Part shown: positions 1-9,776 of the stretch, one piece after another
Position numbering within the stretch: position 1 is the first letter of the stretch
Layout of the letters: every line of letters starts with the position of its first letter
NCBI GenBank assembly: GCA_964589445.1
Contig: CAZPQX010000001.1
Coordinates: forward strand, 28,600 to 92,599
DNA: 64,000 nt
Source: an uncultured Candidatus Saccharibacteria bacterium
GTDB taxonomy: Bacteria > Patescibacteriota > Minisyncoccia > Phycocordibacterales > WO2-35-19
Direction of reading: 5' to 3'
The notes under the pieces: model-generated
The model's input: the letters and a program-made list of their open reading frames with translations, nothing else
What the model was told of the DNA's origin: nothing
Databases searched by the model: none
Made by a program: the position numbers and the translations under genes

Positions 1-168
1 CAAAGGCCCGGCACTGTGTCCACTTCCTGCCTCAAGCAAAGACTCGATTATCGAAATGCGAATATCATTTGCCGTACTCGCAAGAAATTTTATTTTTTCA
101 TCATTTAGTATTTGCATTGATTTAATTGTAAAACTAAAAATCAAAAACGAAAAGGTAAAAACAAAATT

Positions 169-840
169 TTACAACACTTGCATTTCTTTGATCACCTCCC
201 TAGGGTCGGGTGAATTAAAAATAGTTGAACTAGAAACAAATCGAGTTACTCCAGAATCTTTAAGTGATTTGATTGTTTCTTTACTCACTCCAATATCTAT
301 TTGTATCGGCACGGACGGGTGCCTTTTGTTAAATTCTGATATTTTTTGGAGCACCATTTCGTCAAGGCTCACACCGTTGTAGCCCACTCTGTCGTTTCCC
401 ATAAACTGCACAAAGTCTATCATTGGCAAATACTGTTCTAACAGAGAAGAGTCTACAGAAGGCTTGATACCAACTCCAGCTTCGCATCCTGAGTTTTTGG
501 CAGCTTCTATGCATTCTTTTGTATGGTCAGTAGAGTCTATGTGGATGACGAAACTCTTGGCACCCATAGAAATAAAATCAGTGATGTATTCCACCGGGTG
601 AAATGTGAGCATATCTACCTCAAAATCAAATTCATCAATAAGAGGAAACTTTTCTTCTCCCCTTACGAACTGGATCATCTCTTCAAATTGGTTGCCATTA
701 AAAGGCCATGTCTTAGGCGGAGCGTATTCTCCATCCACTATGTCTATTTGTACTTTTTTGACACTACCCACCACCTTCGAAAATGTTTCTCTGACCATTT
801 TCAAATTTTGAGGAATGATGGCTGGTATGATTTCGTTCAT
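169..840 (-). CDS. rpe: Ribulose-phosphate 3-epimerase
   Basis: 223 aa with QIDIVDG, EVDML, QFMG...GYNG and IQIDIGV motifs of the Rpe barrel; in an operon with rpiB and gap. Confidence 0.85.
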   Translation of the reverse strand: MNEIIPAIIPQNLKMVRETFSKVVGSVKKVQIDIVDGEYAPPKTWPFNGNQFEEMIQFVRGEEKFPLIDEFDFEVDMLTFHPVEYITDFISMGAKSFVIHIDSTDHTKECIEAAKNSGCEAGVGIKPSVDSSLLEQYLPMIDFVQFMGNDRVGYNGVSLDEMVLQKISEFNKRHPSVPIQIDIGVSKETIKSLKDSGVTRFVSSSTIFNSPDPREVIKEMQVL

Positions 841-847
841 TTTTTAG

Positions 848-1318
848 TTATGGATTTATATAGAGAGATTCTTCCATTTTGTCTATTTCTCTAAGCCTCC
901 TTATGTGTCTACTCTCTTCTGAAAATTCTGTCTTGAGCCAGAGCTCGACTGCTTCCTTGGCCTCCTCTTCAGAAATAAACCGGGCTCCTAGGGAAAGTAC
1001 ATTTGAGTCGTTGTGTTCTCGTGAAAGTTTTATTATTTCTTTATTGCCTCCGTAGTAAACCACTGCGCGCACATTGGGGAATCTGTTTGCGACTATCGCC
1101 TCTCCTTGGCCGCTTCCACCAAGGATAATGCCTTTGGAGTTTTCTGCATCCTTAAATACCTCCACTCCCACCTTTTCTACTTCGAGGGGGTAGTCGTCTC
1201 CTTCTTTAAATTCTTTTGGCCCCAAATCCACCGCCTCAAACCCGAGAGTTTTGACAAACTCCACTAAAGTTTCCTTGAGTTTAAACCCGGCATGATCTGA
1301 TGCAAAAAATATTTTCAT
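848..1318 (-). CDS. rpiB: Ribose-5-phosphate isomerase B
   Basis: ASDHAG, DDYP, GGSGQGEAIVANR, SREHNDSNVL and RHIRR motifs. Confidence 0.95.
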   Translation of the reverse strand: MKIFFASDHAGFKLKETLVEFVKTLGFEAVDLGPKEFKEGDDYPLEVEKVGVEVFKDAENSKGIILGGSGQGEAIVANRFPNVRAVVYYGGNKEIIKLSREHNDSNVLSLGARFISEEEAKEAVELWLKTEFSEESRHIRRLREIDKMEESLYINP

Positions 1319-1330
1319 AAAAGTTAACTT

Positions 1331-2389
1331 TTACAAATACTTACCTATCGCAAGTACGTGCTTCACCAGTGTCGCTGTGTACCCCATCTCGTTGTCATAC
1401 CAAGCGCACACTTTGACCAAGTTACCGCTGACGACACGAGTGAGCCCAAGGTCGGCGATAGAGCCATAGAGTGAGCCGATGATGTCAGAAGAGACTATAG
1501 GGTCGTTGGTGACAGTGAAGATACCTTCCCATCTTTTCTCCTTGGCTGCTTCGGTGAGTATTTGGTTTATTTCTTCAACACTAGTGTCTCTCTTGGCGAT
1601 AAGGGTGATGTCAGCGATAGACCCAGCGACTACAGGCACTCTCATAGAGATGCCATCAAACTTACCTTCAAGGTCGGGGATGGCTTTGGTGACTGCGATA
1701 GCGGCTCCAGTAGAAGTGGGTAATATATTTTGAGCCCCAGCTCTACCCTCTTTAAAATCTTTTTTGTTTGGACCATCGACTATCGACTGGCTAGCTGTGT
1801 ATCCGTGCACTGTGTTCAAAATAGCCTTTTCGATACCTATCTTTTCGTGGAGTATCTGCATGAGTGGGCTGCCTGCATTGGTAGTACAAGATGCATTTGA
1901 AGAAACCTTTGACTTCTCTAGTTTTTCGTCATTTATACCCATGAGCACAGTTGCCTGTGTCTCGTCAGCGGGCGCGTCTTTGGCTGGAGCTGTGATGACC
2001 ACTCTCTTTGCCCCAGCTTCGACATGCACTTTTGCCTTTTCAAAAGAAGTGAAGGCACCTGTCGACTCTATCACCACATCAATATTTAAATCCTTCCAAG
2101 GCAAGAGGTTTGCTTCCTTTTCAGAGAGAAAAATTATTTCTCTCTGACCCCGCGAAGCTTCAGCGGAGTGGGGTCCAATTATTATCGCTTTCTTATCGTC
2201 CCTTACAGAAACAGGAAACTGAGCCGGCCCATAAGCAGTATCGTATTTGATAAGGTAAGCGATATTTTCGATGTCACCTAAGTCATTGATAGCTACCACT
2301 TCTATTTCTGGGTTTTTTTGAGAAAGTTTGAGAAATGCTCTACCTATCCTTCCTGCGCCGTTTATTGCCACTCTAATTTTTTTATCCAT
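1331..2389 (-). CDS. gap: Glyceraldehyde-3-phosphate dehydrogenase (type I)
   Basis: INGAGRIGR, SNASCTTN and WYDNE motifs. Confidence 0.97.
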   Translation of the reverse strand: MDKKIRVAINGAGRIGRAFLKLSQKNPEIEVVAINDLGDIENIAYLIKYDTAYGPAQFPVSVRDDKKAIIIGPHSAEASRGQREIIFLSEKEANLLPWKDLNIDVVIESTGAFTSFEKAKVHVEAGAKRVVITAPAKDAPADETQATVLMGINDEKLEKSKVSSNASCTTNAGSPLMQILHEKIGIEKAILNTVHGYTASQSIVDGPNKKDFKEGRAGAQNILPTSTGAAIAVTKAIPDLEGKFDGISMRVPVVAGSIADITLIAKRDTSVEEINQILTEAAKEKRWEGIFTVTNDPIVSSDIIGSLYGSIADLGLTRVVSGNLVKVCAWYDNEMGYTATLVKHVLAIGKYL

Positions 2390-2473
2390 GGGTTTTTATT
2401 CTTACTTGTAGTCCTCAAATTATACTACTCTGTACCCACTTTTACACCCTACTTTGTGCATATAAAAATTGGC

Positions 2474-2521
2474 AAAAGGAAAACCCCTTCGGCATCGTTC
2501 GAACTGATGACGCCGAAGGGG
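2474..2521 (-). terminator. Intrinsic terminator
   Basis: CCCCTTCGGC/GCCGAAGGGG 10-bp stem followed on the minus strand by TTTTCCTTTT. Confidence 0.65.
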
Positions 2522-2849
2522 GTGTAGACGAGCATAGGTCCAGTGGTTGAACATGAATCTTGCATGGAAACCAATCATAAACTCTTAGTCCCACATTGGG
2601 GGACGGATATTTACAAAAGGCAGCCATTCCTTTTTAGGGGCTCATTTTTGGCTTTCAAGCTCAGCTTGAAAGCGGTAATGATACTCACATGTTGCAAGTG
2701 ACTGGGTTGGCGGTGTGTCCGCCTTACATCGTCTTCTGACCACTATAATAAATATTCCTAAAATTTTGTCAAGTGTTTTTAAAAAAATCACATAAACAGA
2801 AAACCCGCTGCGGACAGCAGAGGACTCTCTGCTACCGCACGCGGGCTAT

Positions 2850-3113
2850 TTAGCGAGGTGCCAAGGTGATGAAGTATTCGCCGTAATGGTCGGTACCGAA
2901 TTCTGCCTTCTTCCACCCGCCGGTCGCCGTATATTTCCTGGCGACCTCTTTCACTATGCGAGGAGTGTGGTTGGGTGATTTTGGTACCGGGAAAACACAA
3001 TTTTCTCCAGGAACAAAGTTGTTCATCAGGAAAAGATCACACTTTTCTTCGAGGTGTTTTGCGTAGATCAGCTCGTCGCTGTTCAACGCCAAATCTTTTG
3101 GTGTCAAAGCCAT
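2850..3113 (-). CDS. Small hypothetical protein (87 aa)
   Basis: AAAGGAGA RBS upstream of ATG; GC-rich hairpin with U-tract immediately downstream (about 2795-2846). Confidence 0.6.
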   Translation of the reverse strand: MALTPKDLALNSDELIYAKHLEEKCDLFLMNNFVPGENCVFPVPKSPNHTPRIVKEVARKYTATGGWKKAEFGTDHYGEYFITLAPR

Positions 3114-3257
3114 TTTTTGGTTCTCCTTTATATATTATAGCAAACTTACAGGATTTGTCAACCAAGTTAGAAATATTATTTCTAACTGGGTCAATAGCAA
3201 AAATAACACCAAAAAACACCACTTTTAGGGGTGTTTTTTGTGCTTTATTTTGAGTAT

Positions 3258-5636
3258 TTAAGCCGTTTTGGATTCCTTTGTTGTAGCCGTTGTGTTTACT
3301 ATATCGTCTATTGAGCAAACTCCAGAGGCACAAGCGAGCTCTTGCTTCGAGTCTATCTCATCACTTCCCTCGTAAGTCACTATCTTAGAGAAGTCGATGT
3401 GCTCTAGCCTCTTCATGAGCTCGGTATAAGTCTTCTCATCTATCTTTTCATACGGAGCGAGCTGGTAGACATGGTTGTCTCGAGGGAGGAAAGAAAGTCC
3501 GCCGATGATGTCCCAATTCTTGTAGAGCCAGTTTGCCACCTCTATCCACTCGTCTTCGCCTACTGATATGGTGGTCGAAGGGTTGTGCTCGGTGAAATTC
3601 TCCTTTACCTGCTTCCAGTACTCAAGCTGCTCTATTGCAGTCTGGTCATCTTTGAAAGCTGTGGTCTTTGGAGATTTGACTGGGAAGTCGATGACATAGG
3701 TAGTCGCATTTTCCATGGTCTGTCCGACTTCTGGGTTGTAAGGCACGCCCTGGTCTTTAAGCATTTTAAATAGTGAGTCTGTAGCCGCTATCCTCACTCT
3801 CCTGATGTAATACTCTGAGAATCGTGGGTGGACTCCAGAAGAAGAGTCGACAGTCTGAGATAGGTTGCCAGAAGGTTTGGTACAAGTGATGCAAGTAGAC
3901 TCAGGGATATCAAACCTCTTTGCAAATTGCCTGTTTACTTTTATCGCCTCGAGCTTGAGCTCTCTCATCACCTCTGGCTTCCTGACCACAGGAGAGTCCC
4001 ACTGACCGGTGATAGATACGCCGAGGAGTCTCTCCTTGTCGCAATTTTCTTTCCATTCTTTTGAAAGGTATGGGAATTTGGTAAGTGTCGCTTGGTAAGT
4101 ACCGATGATAGCAGCCACTCTAACCTTTTTCTTCAAGCTTTCGAGGGTGTCGCTGTGGCGAGCCACTACTTCAGAGAGGTTACAAAATTGCTTTGACTGG
4201 AGGATGATTTCACCACATGGGTTGGTGCCTACAGGCTTCAAAAATTTGTTATCTTCGGAGACGACACCTGTTTCCTTGAATAACTTAATTCTTCTTTCTG
4301 GCAATGTTTTGACGAGACCACCACGGTTGAATATGCCTCTCTCGCCTGCATTTGATTTGATAAGGGCAAGCCATTCATCTAGGAATTGTTCGTTAGTAGG
4401 CTTTTCGTTGTAAACTGCGCTGTTGTTTGCGAGCATCCTCTGTGGGTCTGTGTTCCAAAATTGTCCTTTCTTTGCGTCTCTTATCTCATCGTCCTCAAGG
4501 TCGGAAAGAGAGATCATAGCGCTCCTTCTCACGCCTCCCGCGACAACACACTCTCCTATCTTGCAAATGATGTCATGAGCGTCTATCGTGCGGAGTCTCT
4601 TGCCCTGTCTCGCTAGCATTTTTGATTTGGTAAATCGCAAAACATCCATAAGTGGTTGAGGGCCTGAAGATTTGCCACCCATAGTAGCGAGTCTTGCTCC
4701 GGCAGGGCGAAGCTGTGAGAAATCAAACTCCACATCCTTACCTTCTGCCCAAGTGTTCATACCCAAAGAAAGTGCGTCGGCCCAACCTTCCTTGCTGTCA
4801 GGTATGACATGTACAAGAGGTTTACCTCCAGTCTGTTTTTGTATTTGAGGAAGTTTCTCTATGTTGTCACTTTCTACAGACCAACCAGCTCCAGTGCCAC
4901 ACATGGAGATATACATTATTTCAGCGAAGTCTTGGAATGAGCTAGGAGCGATATAGGAGCAGTTGTAAGCACAGACATTTGTCGCTCTAGCTGCCTTACC
5001 TGCAAATTGGAGGAGCCTCATCGAAGGCATGGCTTCTTGTTTCAAAATAGTTTCTCTCACTTCTTCGTATTCTGCTTCCTTGAGTTTCTCGCCCAAATTT
5101 TCTTTCATAAAGCTCATGTATCTGTCCACTGTTTCCATCCAAGTTTCTCTTCTGTTCTCTTCAGCCATCCATTTTGAATATGTCCTGTAGTAGATAAACT
5201 CACCCAAAGCATTTTTGAAATATTTTTTGCTATCAGAAGCAAGCTTTTTTACTCTTTCTGGCACTGCAATACCCTTTAAGCGGACTTCTGATCTTCTTTG
5301 TCTATAGAGAATGTAGTTTTTGGCAGTATTTACGTATTCAGAAAGTATAAGCTCTTTTTCGACGCTATCTTGTATACCCTCTACATTTGGCAAAAAGTTT
5401 TTGAACTTCTTTGAAATCCTCACCAAATCCGCAAGCACCTTGTGAGCCACCATACGAGCCTCTGCTTCGCTGCCTTCGTTTGAGGCCACCATAGCTTTGT
5501 TTATGGCATTTACTATCCTCTCAAAATCAAAAGATGCGATGGAGCCATCTCGCTTTTGTACTTTCTTTATGAAATCTTCCATAGCACTTTTTTTAGTTTG
5601 CTTTATTGAAGAGGATTTTTTTGCTATTTTTGCCAT
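3258..5636 (-). CDS. nrdJ: Class II (adenosylcobalamin-dependent) ribonucleotide reductase with N-terminal ATP cone
   Basis: VQKRDG ATP cone, YNCSY, AGGVRRSA, TNPCGEI, KPSG and C-terminal CASGVC. Confidence 0.9.
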   Translation of the reverse strand: MAKIAKKSSSIKQTKKSAMEDFIKKVQKRDGSIASFDFERIVNAINKAMVASNEGSEAEARMVAHKVLADLVRISKKFKNFLPNVEGIQDSVEKELILSEYVNTAKNYILYRQRRSEVRLKGIAVPERVKKLASDSKKYFKNALGEFIYYRTYSKWMAEENRRETWMETVDRYMSFMKENLGEKLKEAEYEEVRETILKQEAMPSMRLLQFAGKAARATNVCAYNCSYIAPSSFQDFAEIMYISMCGTGAGWSVESDNIEKLPQIQKQTGGKPLVHVIPDSKEGWADALSLGMNTWAEGKDVEFDFSQLRPAGARLATMGGKSSGPQPLMDVLRFTKSKMLARQGKRLRTIDAHDIICKIGECVVAGGVRRSAMISLSDLEDDEIRDAKKGQFWNTDPQRMLANNSAVYNEKPTNEQFLDEWLALIKSNAGERGIFNRGGLVKTLPERRIKLFKETGVVSEDNKFLKPVGTNPCGEIILQSKQFCNLSEVVARHSDTLESLKKKVRVAAIIGTYQATLTKFPYLSKEWKENCDKERLLGVSITGQWDSPVVRKPEVMRELKLEAIKVNRQFAKRFDIPESTCITCTKPSGNLSQTVDSSSGVHPRFSEYYIRRVRIAATDSLFKMLKDQGVPYNPEVGQTMENATTYVIDFPVKSPKTTAFKDDQTAIEQLEYWKQVKENFTEHNPSTTISVGEDEWIEVANWLYKNWDIIGGLSFLPRDNHVYQLAPYEKIDEKTYTELMKRLEHIDFSKIVTYEGSDEIDSKQELACASGVCSIDDIVNTTATTKESKTA

Positions 5637-5739
5637 ATTTTTGTAAAAAATTTAATAATTTAATAATTTTTTATCGTTTTTTTAATAAATTTAAAAAAAT
5701 CAGTTCAATTATTTTACAATTTTAAAAGAGCTACCACAC

Positions 5740-5748
5740 TGTGGATAA
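5740..5748 (-). promoter_or_regulatory. Perfect DnaA box upstream of nrdJ
   Basis: TGTGGATAA on + equals TTATCCACA, about 105 bp upstream of the nrdJ start. Confidence 0.45.
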
Positions 5749-5874
5749 GGCAAAAAACATCCACTCCAAAACAATTAAATTTTTATGTAAAGACTATTGT
5801 CTAATCACTGTTGTTTACAAGAGATGTTTGGGTACAAAAAAATTATTTTCAATTTTTACAAAATTTAAAATATG

Positions 5875-5997
5875 AAAAAGGTCGCCGACACCTCGCATCG
5901 GCGACCTTATGGTAGCTTCGTTCACCACACTAGCAAGGCAATGTAGTGCAGCCTTGCAAAGGTGTGAGCGTTTACTCCATGGGAGTTGCTACCTAGA
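5875..5997 (-). ncRNA. Candidate structured small RNA or attenuator
   Basis: GGTAGC/GCTACC closing stem, internal hairpins and an 11-bp terminator stem AAGGTCGCCGA/TCGGCGACCTT plus U-tract; shares GGTRGCA(A)CTCCMAT with the units at 39.4-39.6 kb. Confidence 0.45.
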
Positions 5998-6032
5998 TCA
6001 AAAACTTATCATTTTTAAAAACATGTCAACAA

Positions 6033-6548
6033 CTACTGTATCTCCACCAAATACCAGGCACCAATGCCGTGAGATTCAAAAAAACCAGCGTTTGTCTCTA
6101 AAACATACAAAGACTTAGCTGGAGGAAAGAAAACTTTAGGAAAAGTGTTGGGAGATACATCTTTTTCTATATGTACGATTGCTCCATTTTTATCTACCCA
6201 GGCTATATCTATAGGGAAAGCCATCTCTTTCATCCAAATACCTGGGTATGTCTCTTCTTCAAACACAAAAAGCATTACCCTATCCTTCTCCAAAGACTCT
6301 CTACCCGAAAGTCCTCTCTCTCTTTCACTATCTTCATCCAAAATTTCAGCTTCAAACTCCACACCTCCTATTTTTATAGTCTCCGATTCTTTTTTAGTTA
6401 TCATCTCTGGATTGGTCTCTTTTTGGGCAATCTGTTTGGTAGTCGTATTTATTTTATTTGTTTTTTTGATCCAAAAAATACCGGTAGTAACAAAAAATAT
6501 TAAACAAAAAGTAAGGGTGGTAAAAAACAAGTATTTAAAATATTTCAT
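6033..6548 (-). CDS. DUF192 family membrane-anchored protein
   Basis: RERGLSGR, MLFVF, IWMKEMAFPIDIAW and YVLETNAG motifs; N-terminal TM segment. Confidence 0.9.
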   Translation of the reverse strand: MKYFKYLFFTTLTFCLIFFVTTGIFWIKKTNKINTTTKQIAQKETNPEMITKKESETIKIGGVEFEAEILDEDSERERGLSGRESLEKDRVMLFVFEEETYPGIWMKEMAFPIDIAWVDKNGAIVHIEKDVSPNTFPKVFFPPAKSLYVLETNAGFFESHGIGAWYLVEIQ

Positions 6549-6570
6549 AAACTAATTCTACACCTACAAG

Positions 6571-6614
6571 CAAAACAAAAACACCCTCGATTGCTCGAGG
6601 GTGTTTTTGTTTTG
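6571..6614. terminator. Symmetric intrinsic terminator after the RRM gene
   Basis: CAAAACAAAAACACCCTCGA-TTGC-TCGAGGGTGTTTTTGTTTTG perfect inverted repeat. Confidence 0.8.
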
Positions 6615-6627
6615 AGGAACTATGGTA

Positions 6628-6921
6628 TTACCTACCGAAGCCACCTCTGCTACCACCTGTATTACGAGGTCTGTCCTCCTTAGGACGAGCTTCGTTTACA
6701 GTGAGAGCTCTACCGTCTACATCTTTGCCGTTTAGGCCGTCGATTGCAGCAGTAGCTTCAGCTTCATTTGTCATAGTGACAAATCCGAAACCTTTTGAGC
6801 GGCCGTCTGTTCTGTCGATAACGACAGCAGCCTCGCTCACTTCGCCGAACTCAGAGAACATAGCTTTGAGATCAGCATCAGTTGTTTTGTAGGGTAAATT
6901 ACCTACGAAAAGCCTTTTCAT
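6628..6921 (-). CDS. RRM (RNP-1) RNA-binding protein
   Basis: RNP2 LFVGNL and RNP1 KGFGFV with a Gly/Arg tail; start moved to ATG 6921. Confidence 0.93.
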   Translation of the reverse strand: MKRLFVGNLPYKTTDADLKAMFSEFGEVSEAAVVIDRTDGRSKGFGFVTMTNEAEATAAIDGLNGKDVDGRALTVNEARPKEDRPRNTGGSRGGFGR

Positions 6922-7025
6922 TGCGAACTTTTTATTTTTTTTGATTAAAACGACCAAGCGCTTCCGCCTGATTGTTTGCAAACAATAAGCTCGCAAAACA
7001 AACTAGAAGAAACCCGCTTACCCAT

Positions 7026-7715
7026 CTATTGTATCACCTTTTTGCCTTTGAGGTCAAGACCGATAGTCACAGCGTCCCTTATCACCTTATCGCCAAGGTC
7101 AGAGAAGAAAGAGGCTGATCCAAATTTAACTTCCCAATCAGCTCTGTTTATAGCAAAAGAGCCCTTTGCATAAATGTTGCCAGCTTCATCCGAAGAAAGC
7201 GTAGCTGTAAAGGAAACTGGCTTTGTGATGCCTTTGAGAGTCAAATCACCAGAAAAAACGTATCTACCTGCCGCAGCTCCAGCTTCGCTAGAAGAGCTAA
7301 CGCTTTTTAGAGTAAATTTACCAGTTGGATGAGTAGTTACACCAAAGAAATCATCGCTCCTAAGGTGTTTTTCAAGATCTGCAATGTTTTCATCGCTTTC
7401 TATTGTATTCATGTCGATGACAAACTCTCCAGAAGCGACACCATTTTGATCTACAACGAAATTTCCTGAAGAAAGTTTTATTGTACCAGTATGCCCACCC
7501 CCAACTATCTTTTCACCCTGCCATGTGATAACACTTGTTTCTGCATTTACATCATAACTACCCTTCTCAACTGCAGATATGCTAGTAGTTGAAGACGCCA
7601 TATTTTGTTCTAAAGCAAGGTTTTCTTCTACTGGAGCCTTAGTTTCTCTACTAAAAGCAAACGCAGCAATTGCTACAACCACTATCACACCAGCTATAAT
7701 ATAAGTATTTTTCAT
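7026..7715 (-). CDS. YceI-like lipid/polyisoprenoid-binding protein
   Basis: HTG, HLRSDDFF, GDLTLKGIT and INRADW motifs; N-terminal signal/TM segment. Confidence 0.9.
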   Translation of the reverse strand: MKNTYIIAGVIVVVAIAAFAFSRETKAPVEENLALEQNMASSTTSISAVEKGSYDVNAETSVITWQGEKIVGGGHTGTIKLSSGNFVVDQNGVASGEFVIDMNTIESDENIADLEKHLRSDDFFGVTTHPTGKFTLKSVSSSSEAGAAAGRYVFSGDLTLKGITKPVSFTATLSSDEAGNIYAKGSFAINRADWEVKFGSASFFSDLGDKVIRDAVTIGLDLKGKKVIQ

Positions 7716-7900
7716 GAATCGTGTTTTTTTAATTTAATCCTTTTAATTTGCCTTTTTAGACATTTTTAGTATTATATTGGAGCTTGAGTACGTTATCAAG
7801 TATTTTTCGTTTTTGCTTACTTTTACGGAAGGTAAAACTTGGCGGCAAAACCTAAAATCATTATTAAAGTAACCATGCCAAGTTAGTTGTATTATTATAA

Positions 7901-8977
7901 ATGACAAAAGAAATAGAAAGCATCAGTTTGATGCAAAAACTCCTCGATGAATCCATTCTACCTCCTGCCAAAGAAAGCATAGTAGAAGGAACTGTTATAT
8001 CTATAGGTAAAAATGCTGTTTATGTAAATCTCTCACCTTGGGGAACTGGGGTGATATTTGGACGTGAATACATAAACGCGAGAGACCTGATAAAGAAGAT
8101 AAACATCGGGGACAGCATCACTGGTAAGGTTATCGGTTCAGACAATGAGGACGGTTATATAGAAATCTCACTCAAGGAAGCAAAACAAGCCATAATATGG
8201 AGCGAAGCTGAGATGGCGATAAGGGACAAGAAGGTATTCGAGTTAACCATAAACGAAGCCAACAAAGGTGGGCTCATGCTATCTTGGCAGGGCATCACAG
8301 GCTTCCTTCCTGCTTCTCAACTCAAGACAGAACACTACCCTAGAGTTGCTGATGGAGACAAAGATAAAATACTCGACGAGCTTAGGAAGCTTGTTGGTAC
8401 AAAGATAGATGTAGTCATTATCGGAGTAAATGCTAAAGAAGGTAAGCTTATATTCTCAGAAAAAGATACTGACAGCGGTGAGAAGGGTAAGATGATGGAT
8501 AAATACACTCTAGGTGATGAGCTTATGGGTGAAGTGACTGGCATAGTAGATTTCGGAATATTCGTAAAAATAGAAGACGGACTCGAAGGTCTAGTACACA
8601 TTTCCGAAATAGACTGGGGCCTAGTCGAAAACCCACACAAATTCGCCAAAGTTGGAGATAGGGTCAAGGTCAAGATCATAGAAATAAAAGACGGAAAGAT
8701 TTCCCTATCTATGAAAGCTTTGAAGGAAAACCCATGGAGCGAAGCTAAGAATAAATACAAGAAGGACGACATGGTGACTGGTGTTATCATCAAGTTCAAC
8801 AAGCACGGTGCCCTTGCTTCTATCGAAGAAGGAGTAGCAGGTCTTGTACACATCTCAGAGTTCGGTAGTGAAGAAAAACTCAGAGAGAAACTTGAGCTTG
8901 GTAAGACATACAAATTCAAGATCACAATCTTCGATCCTAAGGATCAAAAGATGGCCTTGTCTTTCCTCGAGAAATAA
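7901..8977 (+). CDS. rpsA: 30S ribosomal protein S1 (four S1 domains)
   Basis: Repeated S1 domains (GFLPASQL, GLVHISEI, GLVHISEF). Confidence 0.8.
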   Translation: MTKEIESISLMQKLLDESILPPAKESIVEGTVISIGKNAVYVNLSPWGTGVIFGREYINARDLIKKINIGDSITGKVIGSDNEDGYIEISLKEAKQAIIWSEAEMAIRDKKVFELTINEANKGGLMLSWQGITGFLPASQLKTEHYPRVADGDKDKILDELRKLVGTKIDVVIIGVNAKEGKLIFSEKDTDSGEKGKMMDKYTLGDELMGEVTGIVDFGIFVKIEDGLEGLVHISEIDWGLVENPHKFAKVGDRVKVKIIEIKDGKISLSMKALKENPWSEAKNKYKKDDMVTGVIIKFNKHGALASIEEGVAGLVHISEFGSEEKLREKLELGKTYKFKITIFDPKDQKMALSFLEK

Positions 8978-9025
8978 TTTAATCTTACACAAGATGGTTT
9001 GGGGTAGCTGATACGAGCACCCCAC

Positions 9026-9072
9026 AGAAACGGCGCCCTGTAATCCAGATCAACAAGGGGGCGCCGTTTTCT
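9026..9072 (+). terminator. Intrinsic terminator after S1 gene
   Basis: AAACGGCGCCC...GGGCGCCGTTTTCT. Confidence 0.65.
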
Positions 9073-9214
9073 ATTTGCAAAAATATTTTAATACTATATA
9101 TTACCAAAAGCCTTGGACCGTGCTCTGGAATAATGGGATTCCTAATTCCATTATTCCTCTGAGTCAGGAGACCCGTGCCGAACGCTTTTCACCGCCGGCA
9201 CGGGTTTTATATTT

Positions 9215-9736
9215 CTAATTAAACTCATTCATTGCCCTGTCTCGGCCTTCGGTAGCCATAGTTTCCACTATCTGCGCCACCTTTTTATAAACTTTTTTGA
9301 GCGTTTCTTGCTCTGTGGGTTTAAACTTGGCTAATATAAAATCAAGCACTTTTTGCTCCCCTTCTGGCTTTTTGACCTTACCATTTGCTGTAGTAGGAGA
9401 AACACCTATCCTTATCCTGGTAAATTCTTTTGTTTTGACTGCTTTGATGACTGACTCGAGTCCCCTGTGCCCACCACTACTTTTATTGAAAGATATTTTG
9501 ACGGTGCCAAGCCCAAGATCTAAATCATCATAAATAACCACCAGCTTCTCAGCATCCTTTTTACTTTTCACGAATTTGGCAATAGCACGGCCAGAGTTAT
9601 TCATAAACTCTTCTGATTCCACTATCTTCACCTTCTTTATATCCAAATCCTTTAACCTTAAAGCAGCATCTTTGCCGGCATTGTGACGGGTGCCTTCGTA
9701 TTCTTTTCCTGGATTACCTAGGCCAAAAATGATCAT
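9215..9736 (-). CDS. pth: Peptidyl-tRNA hydrolase
   Basis: GLGNPG, TRHNAG, FMNNSG, YDDLDL and GGHRGL motifs. Confidence 0.95.
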   Translation of the reverse strand: MIIFGLGNPGKEYEGTRHNAGKDAALRLKDLDIKKVKIVESEEFMNNSGRAIAKFVKSKKDAEKLVVIYDDLDLGLGTVKISFNKSSGGHRGLESVIKAVKTKEFTRIRIGVSPTTANGKVKKPEGEQKVLDFILAKFKPTEQETLKKVYKKVAQIVETMATEGRDRAMNEFN

Positions 9737-9776
9737 AAATTTTGAATTAGTTTTTATATGTAATATAATGCATCAA

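Noticed and set aside
9161-9180. GAGTCAGGAGACC resembling the 3' B12 box of cobalamin riboswitches
   Set aside because: The upstream conserved core is absent and no co-oriented gene lies downstream
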